A DNA stretch of 64,000 nucleotides from an uncultured Spirochaetota bacterium. Lineage in GTDB: Bacteria > Spirochaetota > Spirochaetia > SZUA-6 > Fen-1364. A program made the position numbers and the translations under genes. Shown piece after piece: positions 1 to 9,097 of this stretch. The stretch is taken from assembly GCA_963734545.1 (NCBI GenBank), contig CAVTHO010000008.1:768001-832000 (forward strand), written 5' to 3'. The notes beneath the pieces were generated by a model. That model was not told where the DNA came from and did not search any database. It saw only the letters and a list, made by a program, of their open reading frames with translations. The stretch's first letter is position 1. Each line of letters begins with the position of its first letter.

Positions 1-20
1 GCGCCGGCTTGCGCCGGGGC

Positions 21-62
21 AATGCGCAGGCCCGCGCCGAGGAAATGCGCAGGCCCGCGCCG
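21..62 (+). repeat. Two 19-bp direct repeats AATGCGCAGGCCCGCGCCG (period 23)
   Basis: Identical copies at 21-39 and 44-62, each with an internal GCGC..GCGC palindrome. Confidence 0.85.
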
Positions 63-82
63 GGCGGATTCAGGAGGTCGGT

Positions 83-967
83 ATGAAGCTCAAGGTGTCC
101 GTGTTCTTTCAGTCTCCCCTTAATGTGTTTCTGTTCCGGCACATGAGCCCCAGAAATGCGCAGCGATACCTTCACGCCATCGGCTTTCTCTACTACCTGG
201 TGAACCGGCGCGAAAAGCGGGTGATCGAACGCAGCGTGCGCGAGGTTCTTTCGTGCGAGGACGAGCACCGGATGCGCAGGCTGGTGCGGGACACCTTCAA
301 AGGCATCTTCACGCACTACTTCGAGAAGATGTTCTCGGCATACAGGGAGTACGGCAGCGTGAGGAGATACATCGAGGAGCACTTCGAGGTGCAGGGCGCC
401 GAGCTGATCCGGGAGGCCCTGGCAAAGGGAAAAGGATGCATCCTCGTGACGGCTCACTTCGGCGCGGTAGAGTTCATCCCCTGGCTCCTGCACCTTCTGG
501 GCTTCCGCTCGAGCATCATCATCGAGTGCGCCACCGCGCGGCTGGCCAGGAGCCTGCAGGAAAAAGTCTCCACGCATGACTCCGAGCTCATCTCTTCGAA
601 GTATGGCGGCTCCGTCTTTCTGCGCGCCCTCGAGTCCCTCCGGTCGAACCGGGTCCTGATGACCCAGTGCGACGAAGTGGACGCCTGGCGGAAACGCCGG
701 AGCCATACCATCCAGCTCTTCGGCCGCGACCTCTACTTCGACAACACCATCGATGTGCTCTCCCACCGCTCGGGCGCGCCGGTCGTCGCGGCGTTTCTCA
801 AGAGGTCGGAGGGGCACCGATACACGCTTATACTTGAGGATGTGTCCGTGCAGCGGACACCGGAGAGCACCGCGCGGGACTGCATGGAGCTGTGGCAGAA
901 GTACGTCTCCCGCTACCCCGCGCAATGGTACCAGTGGAAGAAGTGGAGCGAGATGAAGACGGCCTAG
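83..967 (+). CDS. Lysophospholipid/lipid A late acyltransferase family protein (LpxL/HtrB-like)
   Basis: 294-aa ORF, AGGAGG RBS, motifs GxILVTAHFGxxE and C-terminal YPAQWYQW. Confidence 0.85.
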   Translation: MKLKVSVFFQSPLNVFLFRHMSPRNAQRYLHAIGFLYYLVNRREKRVIERSVREVLSCEDEHRMRRLVRDTFKGIFTHYFEKMFSAYREYGSVRRYIEEHFEVQGAELIREALAKGKGCILVTAHFGAVEFIPWLLHLLGFRSSIIIECATARLARSLQEKVSTHDSELISSKYGGSVFLRALESLRSNRVLMTQCDEVDAWRKRRSHTIQLFGRDLYFDNTIDVLSHRSGAPVVAAFLKRSEGHRYTLILEDVSVQRTPESTARDCMELWQKYVSRYPAQWYQWKKWSEMKTA

Positions 968-1068
968 CGCGGCCGAAGGCCGCGCGGGAGGGGCCCCAGG
1001 GCGGCAGCCGTTGGAGCGCCGAAGGCGCGAAACGGCGGGAGCCCTGGGGAGCAAAGCCCGCGGAAGCG
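967..1068 (+). repeat. Structured intergenic element with GNA-triloop hairpins (copy 1)
   Basis: GCGCGGCC-GAA-GGCCGCGC (967-985), then nested CCCCAGGGC-GGCA-GCCGTT-GGA-GCGCC-GAA-GGCGC-GA-AACGGC-GGGA-GCCCTGGGG (994-1049). Confidence 0.75.
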
Positions 1069-1129
1069 AGCCCGTCGGTAGACCTGCGGCCGCCTTACGG
1101 TGTATTTTCGCCTCACCCGGAGCCCGTAG

Positions 1130-1543
1130 ATGAAGTTCCACACACAGTACCTCACATTCACCACCCGCAAGGAACGGGAGTACATCAACATCACCGACAA
1201 GGTCGAGGAAGCCGTCCGGGCGAGCGGCTGCCGCGAAGGAATGGCCCTCGTGTCGGCGATGCACATCACCGCCGGGGTGTACGTGAATGATGCGGAACAG
1301 GGCCTGATTCAGGATATCGACGAATGGCTGGAAACCCTCGCGCCGCGCGGGCCTGATTACCGCCACCATCGCACCGGAGAGAGCAACGGCGACAGTCATT
1401 TGAAAAACCTGCTGATCGGCCACGAGGTGATTCTTCCCGTTACCGCGGGAAGGCTCGACCTCGGCCCCTGGCAGCAGGTGTACTACGCTGAGTTCGACGG
1501 CAGACGCCCCAAGCGGGTGATCATCAAGGTCATGGGAGAGTAG
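1130..1543 (+). CDS. yjbQ: YjbQ/UPF0047 family protein (secondary thiamine-phosphate synthase-like)
   Basis: Motifs [37 protein letters not shown]. Confidence 0.92.
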   Translation: MKFHTQYLTFTTRKEREYINITDKVEEAVRASGCREGMALVSAMHITAGVYVNDAEQGLIQDIDEWLETLAPRGPDYRHHRTGESNGDSHLKNLLIGHEVILPVTAGRLDLGPWQQVYYAEFDGRRPKRVIIKVMGE

Positions 1544-1549
1544 GAAAAG

Positions 1550-2968
1550 GTGAAGGTGCTGAAGTTCGGCGGAAGCTCACTGGCGGACGGAGAACGCATC
1601 AAGAGCGTCACGGACATCGTTTTCGCTGAAGCGCAGGAGGGCCGGGTCGCCGTGGTGCTTTCCGCCATGAAAGGCGTCACCGACCTTCTCATCACGGCGG
1701 CGCGCAAGGCGGAAGAAGGATCGGACGACTTCAAGCTTGCCCTGGAGACGGTGCGCGCCCGGCACTTCGACGCGGTGCGCTTCCTGTTCGGGGCCGCGGA
1801 CCAGGCGACCGCTCTCACACCCCTGGCCATCATGTGCAACGAGCTGGAGGAGATCCTGCACGGAGTCGAGCTGATCAAGGAATGCTCGGCGCGAACCATG
1901 GACCTCGTCATGAGCTTCGGGGAAAGGCTCTCCTGCTGGCTGGTCGTAGACTACATGAATACGCGCCGCATGGGCGCGGAGCTGGTGGACGCGCGGGAGA
2001 TCGTCGTCACCGACGACAGGTTCGGCGCGGCCACTGTGAACTTCGACGCGAGCTACCCGCTCATCGAGAAAAGGGTGGCGGCGGCAAAGGGCATCCCGGT
2101 GATACCGGGATTCATCGGGGCCACGCCGAAAGGCGTCACCACCACGCTGGGCAGGAACGGATCCGACTATACGGCCTCGATCGTCGGGGCAGGCGCCCGG
2201 GCGGACGTCATCGAGATCTGGACGGATGTCGATGGAGTCCTCTCTGCCGATCCCCGCATCGTGCCCGAGGCATTCGTGATCCCTGAGATCAGCTACGAGG
2301 AGGCCATGGAGCTGTCCTATTTCGGGGCAAAGGTCATTCACCCGTTCACCATGGTGCCTGCCGTGGAGAAGAACATCCCCCTTCTCATCAAGAACAGTCT
2401 CAATCCCGGCGCGCCGGGAACGCGGATCGCCGCGGGGAGCGTCGTACGGCGGGAGGGGGACAGGCCCATCACCGGCATCGCCTCCATCGAAGGGATCTCG
2501 CTGGTCAATATCGAGGGCGGCGGCATGATGGGCATCCCCGGATTCGCGGCCCGGGTGTTTTCCGTCCTGGCCCGGGAAGGGATCAATATCATCATGATCT
2601 CCCAGGCGTCGTCCGAGCATACCATCTGCCTGGTGTTCCGCACGGAGGAAGGGGAGCGCGCGCTCGTCTCTCTCACCCATGAGCTCGCGCGCGAGCTGGA
2701 GAGCCGGCGCATCGAACGCTTCGAGCTTCTCCGCGATCTCCTGGTGGTGTCGGTGATCGGGGAAAACATGCACGGCACGCCGGGCATGGCCGGACGTCTC
2801 TTCAGCGCCCTGGGCCAGGCGGGGATCAATGTCCTGGTGATTGCGCAGGGATCCTCGGAGCGAAACATCTCCTGCGTGATCGAAGAGAAGAACCACGCGC
2901 TTGCGCTGCGCACGATCCACTCGGCCTTCCTGGACGGCCGGGCCCCGCGCGGCCGACGGTCCTCATGA
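1550..2968 (+). CDS. Aspartate kinase with two ACT domains (no homoserine dehydrogenase domain)
   Basis: KFGGSS, TTTLGRNGSDY, WTDVDG..ADPR, ISQASSE and IAQGSSE ACT motifs. Confidence 0.93.
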   Translation: MKVLKFGGSSLADGERIKSVTDIVFAEAQEGRVAVVLSAMKGVTDLLITAARKAEEGSDDFKLALETVRARHFDAVRFLFGAADQATALTPLAIMCNELEEILHGVELIKECSARTMDLVMSFGERLSCWLVVDYMNTRRMGAELVDAREIVVTDDRFGAATVNFDASYPLIEKRVAAAKGIPVIPGFIGATPKGVTTTLGRNGSDYTASIVGAGARADVIEIWTDVDGVLSADPRIVPEAFVIPEISYEEAMELSYFGAKVIHPFTMVPAVEKNIPLLIKNSLNPGAPGTRIAAGSVVRREGDRPITGIASIEGISLVNIEGGGMMGIPGFAARVFSVLAREGINIIMISQASSEHTICLVFRTEEGERALVSLTHELARELESRRIERFELLRDLLVVSVIGENMHGTPGMAGRLFSALGQAGINVLVIAQGSSERNISCVIEEKNHALALRTIHSAFLDGRAPRGRRSS

Positions 2969-3960
2969 TCACGCCCCCCGGCGCGAATGCGCGCCCTTCC
3001 CCCGCGCGCATCTCCGTGTTCGCCCCGGCGACCGTGGCGAACGTTGCCTCGGGTTTCGACGTGCTGGGATTCGCGCTGGAGAACCCGGGGGACGCGGTCA
3101 CCGTCGCGCGTGTTCCAGGCCGCGCGGTATCCGTCGTTTCCATCAAGGGAGACGGCGGCAAGCTCCCCCGGGATCCGCTGAAGAACACCGCGGCCGTGGC
3201 CGTGGGCGGCTTCCTGGCAGAGATCGGGTTCCCGTTCGGTGTGGAGATCTCCCTGGAAAAGAGGATGCCGCTGAGCTCGGGGCTCGGCAGCTCCGCGGCG
3301 AGCGCGGTGGCGGCGGTGTACGCGGCGAATCTCCTCGCCGGAAGCCCGCTCTCCCGGCGCGCGCTCCTGCCCTTTACCATGGAGGCCGAAAGGGCCGCCT
3401 GCGGATCGGCACACGCGGACAACGTGGCGCCGTCGCTGCTGGGCGGCTTCGTGCTCATCAGGAGCTATGAGCCCCTGGACGTCGTGCAGCTGCCCGTGCC
3501 GCTGGGACTGTCGTGCGCGGTGGCTCACCCGCACGCGGAGCTCCGCACCGAGGACGCGCGGCGGATTCTCAAGAAGGAGATCCGGCTCTCCGACGCCATC
3601 CGGCAGTGGGGGAACCTCGCGGCCCTGGTCGCGGCGCTCTACAGCGGCGACCTCGCGCTCCTCGGCCGCTCGCTTCAGGACGTGGTGGCCGAGCCCGCGC
3701 GCTCCATGCTCATCCCCGGGTTCGCCTCCGTGAAAGCGGCGGCGCTGTCAGCCGGGGCCCTGGGCTGCTCCATATCAGGATCCGGCCCCTCGGTCTTCGC
3801 CCTGTGCGCGACGACCGAGGAATCCTCGCGGGCCGGGGACGCCATGGTCGGCGCATTCAAGAAGGCCGGCCTGGCCTGCGACCTGTACGTCTCGGCGGTG
3901 AACACGAAGGGACCCGTTGTGATCGACCCGCAGGATCACGGGGAGGAATCGGCATCGTGA
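2965..3960 (+). CDS. thrB: Homoserine kinase
   Basis: PATVANVASGFD, PLSSGLGSSAAS, HADNVAP, ISGSGPS; overlaps upstream stop. Confidence 0.95.
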   Translation: MITPPGANARPSPARISVFAPATVANVASGFDVLGFALENPGDAVTVARVPGRAVSVVSIKGDGGKLPRDPLKNTAAVAVGGFLAEIGFPFGVEISLEKRMPLSSGLGSSAASAVAAVYAANLLAGSPLSRRALLPFTMEAERAACGSAHADNVAPSLLGGFVLIRSYEPLDVVQLPVPLGLSCAVAHPHAELRTEDARRILKKEIRLSDAIRQWGNLAALVAALYSGDLALLGRSLQDVVAEPARSMLIPGFASVKAAALSAGALGCSISGSGPSVFALCATTEESSRAGDAMVGAFKKAGLACDLYVSAVNTKGPVVIDPQDHGEESAS

Positions 3961-5265
3961 GGTTTTCCACCCGGGCGCACCCGGAGAAGAGCGTGAGCTT
4001 CCGCGAGGCTCTGTTCGCCGGCCTCGCTCCGGACGGCGGTTTGTATCACCCGACGGAGCCCCCGGACCTCGCTTCCCTCTTCGCGCGCTTCGATGACTCC
4101 ATACCCTTTCCGGATGTCGCCGCGGCAGTGTGCGCCGCCCTCGTGTCCCCGGAGCTCGACGGAGCGCGCGCGCGAAGGATCGCCGAGCGCGCATTCACGT
4201 TCGCTCCGGTTCTGCGGCGCCTCGACCCTCGCCTCCTCCTGCTGGAGCTGTTCCACGGGCCCACCTGCGCCTTCAAGGACTTCGGCGCCCAGTTCCTGGC
4301 CGCAGTCATGGAAGACTTCCTCGGCGAAGACAACCGGCGCATCCAGATCCTCGTTGCCACCTCCGGCGACACGGGAAGCGCGGTCGCGCACGCCTTTCAC
4401 GGCCGGGCCAACATCGACGTGGTGATCCTCTACCCGTCCGGCAGGGTAAGCGAGCTGCAGGAAAAGCAGCTGACGACCCTGGGCGGGAACGTGCACGCCC
4501 TGGAAGTAAAAGGAAGCTTCGATGACTGCCAGCGCCTGGTCAAGGAAGCCTTCAAGGACAGGACACTCGGGGCGAAGCTCCACCTCACCTCGGCCAACTC
4601 CATCAATATCGGACGGCTCCTTCCCCAGTGCATCTATTACGTGTTCGCCGCCACCCGCCGGGCCGCAGATCGGCAGGGAGTCACCGACGATATGCGTCCC
4701 CAGCGGGAACTTCGGCAACCTGACCGCGGGCATCTACGCGTGGCGGTGGGGCCTGCCCGTGCGGGGATTCATCGCGGCCACCAATGTGAACGACGTGGTC
4801 CCCCTCTATCTGGCAAGCGGGAGATTCACCCCCCGTCCGTCCGCGCAGACCCTGTCCAACGCGATGGACGTGGGAAACCCGAGCAACTTCGAGCGGCTGG
4901 AGGCGCTTTTCCGGGGTGACTGGAAAGAAATGGCTTCGATGATCGAGGGGCGCGCGGTAAGCGACGCGCGGACAACGGAAACCATGCGCAGGATCTACAC
5001 GGAGCACGGCGTTCTCGTCGATCCCCATACGGCAGTGGGATGCGCCGCTGCATGGGACCATGGAACAGACGGCCATGGCGAGCAGGTGATAGTATTGTCC
5101 ACTGCTCACCCGGGCAAGTTCAGCGATATCGTTCTGCACGCCACGGGGGCGACACCCTCTCTGCCCGAAAGGCTTGCCCGCTGCCTTTCGCTTCCCAAGC
5201 AGTCGCATCTTCTGGGAACAACTCTCCCGGAGCTCTCGGAGTTCCTTCTGGATTCCTTCGGGTAG
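3957..5265 (+). CDS. thrC: Threonine synthase, with a +1 frameshift at the GGG run 4660-4662
   Basis: GLAPDGGL, ELFHGPTCAFKD, ATSGDTG, SANSINIGR in one frame; VPSGNFGN, SNAMDVGNPSNFER, DPHTAVG, TAHPGKF in the next. Confidence 0.9.
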
Positions 5266-5308
5266 GAGTCCGTAAGGCGATGGCAAGCAAAAAACAGCGA
5301 AGTCCGCG

Positions 5309-5373
5309 CGTGGGCTCCCGTCGTTTGCTCCGCAAACGCCTGCCGCCCTACGGATAGCCGCGCTTCGCGCGGC
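5309..5373 (-). repeat. Structured intergenic element with GNA-triloop hairpins (copy 2)
   Basis: Minus strand reads GCCGCGC-GAA-GCGCGGC-tatcc-GTAGGGC-GGCA-GGCGTTTGC-GGA-GCAAACGAC-GGGA-GCCCAC; same architecture as 967-1049. Confidence 0.75.
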
Positions 5374-5383
5374 GCGGGTTGGC

Positions 5384-6481
5384 TCAGCGTCTGGCCCTGG
5401 CCCTCTGTCGGCGCAGCTTCTCCACGATGAAGGGATTGCCTCTGTCGCGCTGCCACGCCTTGTAGATGCGGCACGCCTCGTAATAGCCCTCCTCGCCCGC
5501 ATAGGAGGAGGAAGCGTCAGCCCGGTAGAGCTCGAGGAGCAGCGGAAAAATCGGCGAGGCAAGGATCTTGTCGGTCCGGAACGAGGGAAGCGTTTTCAGC
5601 GCCGGGGGCATCATGTGATAGCGCACGAGGAATTCGACAGACTCGATGAGCGGATCGGGAAAGCCCAGCCGCCGCAGGAAGCGCACGGCGATCCGTGCCC
5701 CGATTTCTGCATGTCCGTCAAAGCGCTTTTCCCCTCCGCCCTCTGCATCCGGTTTCCCGCAGTCATGCAGGAGAAGGGCGAGCGACAAGGTCAGGTCGGG
5801 GTGCTTCCTGTACTCAAGGGTGGCGAGGGTATGCTCCCAGACGTTTCCCTCGGGATGAAAGTCCTTCCCATGACGCACGGTGGACATGGCGGCGAGCTCC
5901 GGCCACGCTTCCGCCACGAACCCGGCCGAGTCCAGGAGCGCGAGACCCTTTTCCGAGTGCCGCGAGCCGAGGAGCCCCATGAGGAGGTCCCTCTGGTAAG
6001 CGGGAGGCGGCAGCTCATCGCCCTTGTCCCATCCCAGGGACGGCCCGTCCGCAGAATAATGGTAGCGGGAGACCAGCCGCGCAGCCTCGCAGAGCGGCAG
6101 CCATCGGGGAGAGGAGTCCGAATGCCCGGAGAGGGTGGGCGCGCGCAGATCGGGATAGACATCGAGCTTGTCGATAAAGGCGTTGCGTCCCGGATCGTAC
6201 AGCAGCCGCAGAACGGTGAATGGCGCTGTGGGCGGTTCGGACAGGGAGTCCACGCATCGAAACACGAGACGGTCGCCCCCGTTCTGGACAGCGGCATCTT
6301 CCAGGGGAAGGCCGGGGAACTGCAGGTCATCGAACGCCTTGGCAAGGGAAACGATGGAGGAGTCCGTGGCGAGGTACAGGGGGCCGGATTCGCGCACCCG
6401 GAAGTACCTGTCCAGCGAGGAATAGCCGCAAAGGAGGTAGGGGATGTTCTCTTCCTTCAGCCGTTCAAGCGCATTCGTCAT
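5384..6481 (-). CDS. HD-domain protein related to CCA-adding enzyme/poly(A) polymerase, with a degenerate nucleotidyltransferase head
   Basis: FHPEGNVWEHT, LLHDCGKP, FDGHAEIGA, VRYHM; N-terminus YLLCGYSSLDRY lacks the GGxxRD/DxD consensus. Confidence 0.8.
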   Translation of the reverse strand: MTNALERLKEENIPYLLCGYSSLDRYFRVRESGPLYLATDSSIVSLAKAFDDLQFPGLPLEDAAVQNGGDRLVFRCVDSLSEPPTAPFTVLRLLYDPGRNAFIDKLDVYPDLRAPTLSGHSDSSPRWLPLCEAARLVSRYHYSADGPSLGWDKGDELPPPAYQRDLLMGLLGSRHSEKGLALLDSAGFVAEAWPELAAMSTVRHGKDFHPEGNVWEHTLATLEYRKHPDLTLSLALLLHDCGKPDAEGGGEKRFDGHAEIGARIAVRFLRRLGFPDPLIESVEFLVRYHMMPPALKTLPSFRTDKILASPIFPLLLELYRADASSSYAGEEGYYEACRIYKAWQRDRGNPFIVEKLRRQRARARR

Positions 6482-6602
6482 TTCAATCCCCTCTCACCGG
6501 GAGCCGGAAAACTTATGGTACTCACAACCGGGGATTTCGTCCACTCGACAACTCCCGGTTTTTGAACTACAATGAAGTGTAGATCAGGCAAGGAGACAGA
6601 GA

Positions 6603-6821
6603 ATGACAGCGATTGTTTGTGATATCTGCAAGAAGGCCGTGCCCGCTGCCCGCAGGGATCAGAACTACTTCACGATCCTCGACAAGGACATCTGCGAGTC
6701 CTGCCATGACGAGCTCAGGGACGCCACCAAGGCGCAGATGCGCGCCCGGCCCCCGTATCATTTCAAGGACTACCAGGACAATCTGGCGCGCAACCTCGGC
6801 AGCATGGTCGGCCGCCGGTAG
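6603..6821 (+). CDS. Small protein with two CxxC motifs (putative zinc-binding)
   Basis: AAGGAG RBS, upstream TACAAT, CDIC...CESC. Confidence 0.8.
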   Translation: MTAIVCDICKKAVPAARRDQNYFTILDKDICESCHDELRDATKAQMRARPPYHFKDYQDNLARNLGSMVGRR

Positions 6822-6832
6822 GCCGGGGGGCT

Positions 6833-6944
6833 CACGCCGGCCGCCGTATTCGGCGGCATTCACGCCGGCCACGATACTCCGTGGCATTTGCGCCGGCCGC
6901 CGTATTCGGCGGCATTCATGCCGGCCACGGCGTCCCATGGAATT
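6833..6944. repeat. Four 28-bp tandem palindromic repeats (A-B-A-B') between convergent genes
   Basis: Units 6833-6860, 6861-6888, 6889-6916, 6917-6944; cores GCCGCCG-TATT-CGGCGGC and GCCACG-ATACTC-CGTGGC. Confidence 0.9.
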
Positions 6945-8227
6945 CAATCCGACCGCGGCTTTATTTCCTTGAATCCGGTGTAGGCGGCCAGCGCGTCAGG
7001 TATGCGCACGCCGCCGTCCTCTCTCTGGAAGTTCTCCAGCAGGGCAATGAGCGTCCTCGAAACAGCCAGTGCAGTGCCATTGAGGGTGTGCACGAACGGA
7101 TTCCTGCCTCCCCCCTCCTTGTACCGAATGCCCAGGCGCCGTGCCTGGTAGTCCGTGCAGTTCGAAGCGCTCGTGATCTCACCCCACTCGCCCTTCTCTC
7201 CCCTGCCCGGCATCCACGCCTCTATGTCGTACTTCCTGTACGCCGCGCCCCCGAGATCACCCGTGCAGGTGTCCACGATCCGGTAGGGAATCTCCAGGCC
7301 CTGGAAGATCTTCTCCTCTATTCCGATGAGACGGTCCAGCATGGCTTCGGATCCGTCGGGGTGACAATAGACAAACATCTCGACCTTCGTGAACTGGTGC
7401 ACACGGTAGAGGCCCTTGGAGAACTGGCCGGCAGCCCCTGCCTCGCGGCGGAAACAGTGTGAGACGCCCGCATAGCTGAGGGGAAGCTGCTCGGCGGGCA
7501 GCACCTTGCCCGCGTGGTAGCCGCCCAGGGTGATCTCAGCGGTGGCGATCATGCACAGGTCCGTTCCCTCCACTGCGTAGATGTTGCTCTCAGGCCCCCG
7601 AGGATTGAACCCGTGCCCTGCCACGATCTCCTCGCGGGCCAGATCCGGCGTGATCATCGGTGTGAAACCTTCCCGCATCAGCGCATCCAGCGCATAGCGC
7701 ACGAGGGCCAACTCCAGGATCACCGCGTCATTCTTCAGATAGTAGAACTTCTGCCCCGCCACGCGCGCACCGGTCTCGAAGTCGATGAGATCCAGGGACT
7801 GGCCGAGCTGCACGTGGTCACGGGCCGCGAACGAAAAGGAAGGCACGCTGCCCGATGTGCGAAGCTGCCGGTTGCCCGTCTCTCCGTCGGCAATGGGCGC
7901 ATCCGGGTGGGCCATGTTGGGGATCTTGAGCGCCTCTTCGATGAGCTTCTTCTCCGTTTCCTCGTGGCGCCCCTCGATCTCCGCGATGCTCTCCTTGAGC
8001 CGCTTCCCCTCCTCGATGAGGGGCGTGCGCTCCGCCGGAGAGAGCTTTCCCTTCATGCGCTCCGCATTGGCGTTGCGGGAGGCGCGGAGTGTTTCCAGCT
8101 CCTTCAGAAGCTGGTTTCTCTTGTCGTAAAGCTCCACCACCAGGTCCGGGTCGGCGGACACGTGGCGATTCCGCACATTCTCCTTCACCGCATCCACATT
8201 GTCGCGTATGAACTTCAGATCGAGCAT
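6944..8227 (-). CDS. serS: Serine--tRNA ligase
   Basis: MLDLKFIR start, TAE, CFRREAG, GLYRVHQFTKVE, SNCTDYQARR, HTLNGT. Confidence 0.98.
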   Translation of the reverse strand: MLDLKFIRDNVDAVKENVRNRHVSADPDLVVELYDKRNQLLKELETLRASRNANAERMKGKLSPAERTPLIEEGKRLKESIAEIEGRHEETEKKLIEEALKIPNMAHPDAPIADGETGNRQLRTSGSVPSFSFAARDHVQLGQSLDLIDFETGARVAGQKFYYLKNDAVILELALVRYALDALMREGFTPMITPDLAREEIVAGHGFNPRGPESNIYAVEGTDLCMIATAEITLGGYHAGKVLPAEQLPLSYAGVSHCFRREAGAAGQFSKGLYRVHQFTKVEMFVYCHPDGSEAMLDRLIGIEEKIFQGLEIPYRIVDTCTGDLGGAAYRKYDIEAWMPGRGEKGEWGEITSASNCTDYQARRLGIRYKEGGGRNPFVHTLNGTALAVSRTLIALLENFQREDGGVRIPDALAAYTGFKEIKPRSD

Positions 8228-8230
8228 GCG

Positions 8231-9019
8231 CTACACCTCCATCTCGGCAGCTTTTCTCGCGGCAGCCTCAACGGCTTCCATCACCGCGGCGGTGAACCCG
8301 CCGCGCTCCAGCGCCCTGACCCCCTGTATGGTCGTGCCGGCGGGCGATATGACCCGGCTTCCAAGCTCGAGGGGATGCGCGCCGTCCTTCAGCAGGCTTG
8401 CCGCGCCTTCCAGGGCCGCCACGGCGACGGACACCGCGGTCTTGTAGTCGAAGCCGGAGGCAACCCCGCCAAGGGCCATGGCATGGACGAAGGCGAACAC
8501 GTAGGCGAGCCCCGATCCGGATACCCCGGTCATCGCGGACATGAGCTTCTCCTGGATTTCCAGGGATGCGCCGAGGGCCGCCGCAATGGCCAGGCAGTCA
8601 TCGCGCATCTCGGGGGCGGCGGCGGGGTGGAAGGACACTCCGACCAGCGACGCGCCCTTGACCGCCGCCAGGCTCGGCATGAACCGCGCCACCTGGTCCG
8701 TCCCAAGAGCGTCCGCGACCGCCTGGATCTTCCTGCCGGCGAGGATGGAGATCACTCTTCTGCCGCGCGATGATTCTCTCACCTCCGCAGCCAGCGCGGC
8801 AAAGTCCTGCGGCTTCACGCAGAGAATGGTGATGTCGCTGCCCTTCAGCACCTCGGCCGCGCTGCGCGCAACCGAGAGCTTCTGCATGCGCGCCGCGGCC
8901 TCGATCCGCTCCCTGCTCACGTCCTGAACAAGGAGCTCGACCTGGGGCAGTTTCCGTGCCAGGCCCAGAGCGAATGCTTCTCCCATGGTCCCAAAGCCGA
9001 CGATCCCGATCCTTTTCAT
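8231..9019 (-). CDS. proC: Pyrroline-5-carboxylate reductase
   Basis: GFGTMG, CVKPQ, RFMP, SGSGLAY, SPAGTT; start placed at MKRIGIVG. Confidence 0.93.
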   Translation of the reverse strand: MKRIGIVGFGTMGEAFALGLARKLPQVELLVQDVSRERIEAAARMQKLSVARSAAEVLKGSDITILCVKPQDFAALAAEVRESSRGRRVISILAGRKIQAVADALGTDQVARFMPSLAAVKGASLVGVSFHPAAAPEMRDDCLAIAAALGASLEIQEKLMSAMTGVSGSGLAYVFAFVHAMALGGVASGFDYKTAVSVAVAALEGAASLLKDGAHPLELGSRVISPAGTTIQGVRALERGGFTAAVMEAVEAAARKAAEMEV

Positions 9020-9097
9020 GGACGGCAGTGTAGCAGTCACGCCGCCAGGCTGTAAAGAAAGGCGGAGCGCGCCGATGCTGTAGCGGGAGAGAGAGAA

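Noticed and set aside
968-1129. TPP or other riboswitch upstream of yjbQ and the thr genes
   Set aside because: No TPP core (CUGAGA) or T-box motif; the structure is shared with a 3' element in an unrelated context.
4660-4662. Programmed frameshifting in thrC, argA or cydA
   Set aside because: No slippery heptamer or stimulator is evident; scattered homopolymer indels are better explained by sequencing error.
5280-5357. Short ORF MASKKQRSP... after thrC
   Set aside because: Weak RBS and most of it is the antisense of the structured element; no support for coding.
6833-6944. Possible CRISPR array
   Set aside because: Units abut without unique spacers, and no cas genes or leader are present.
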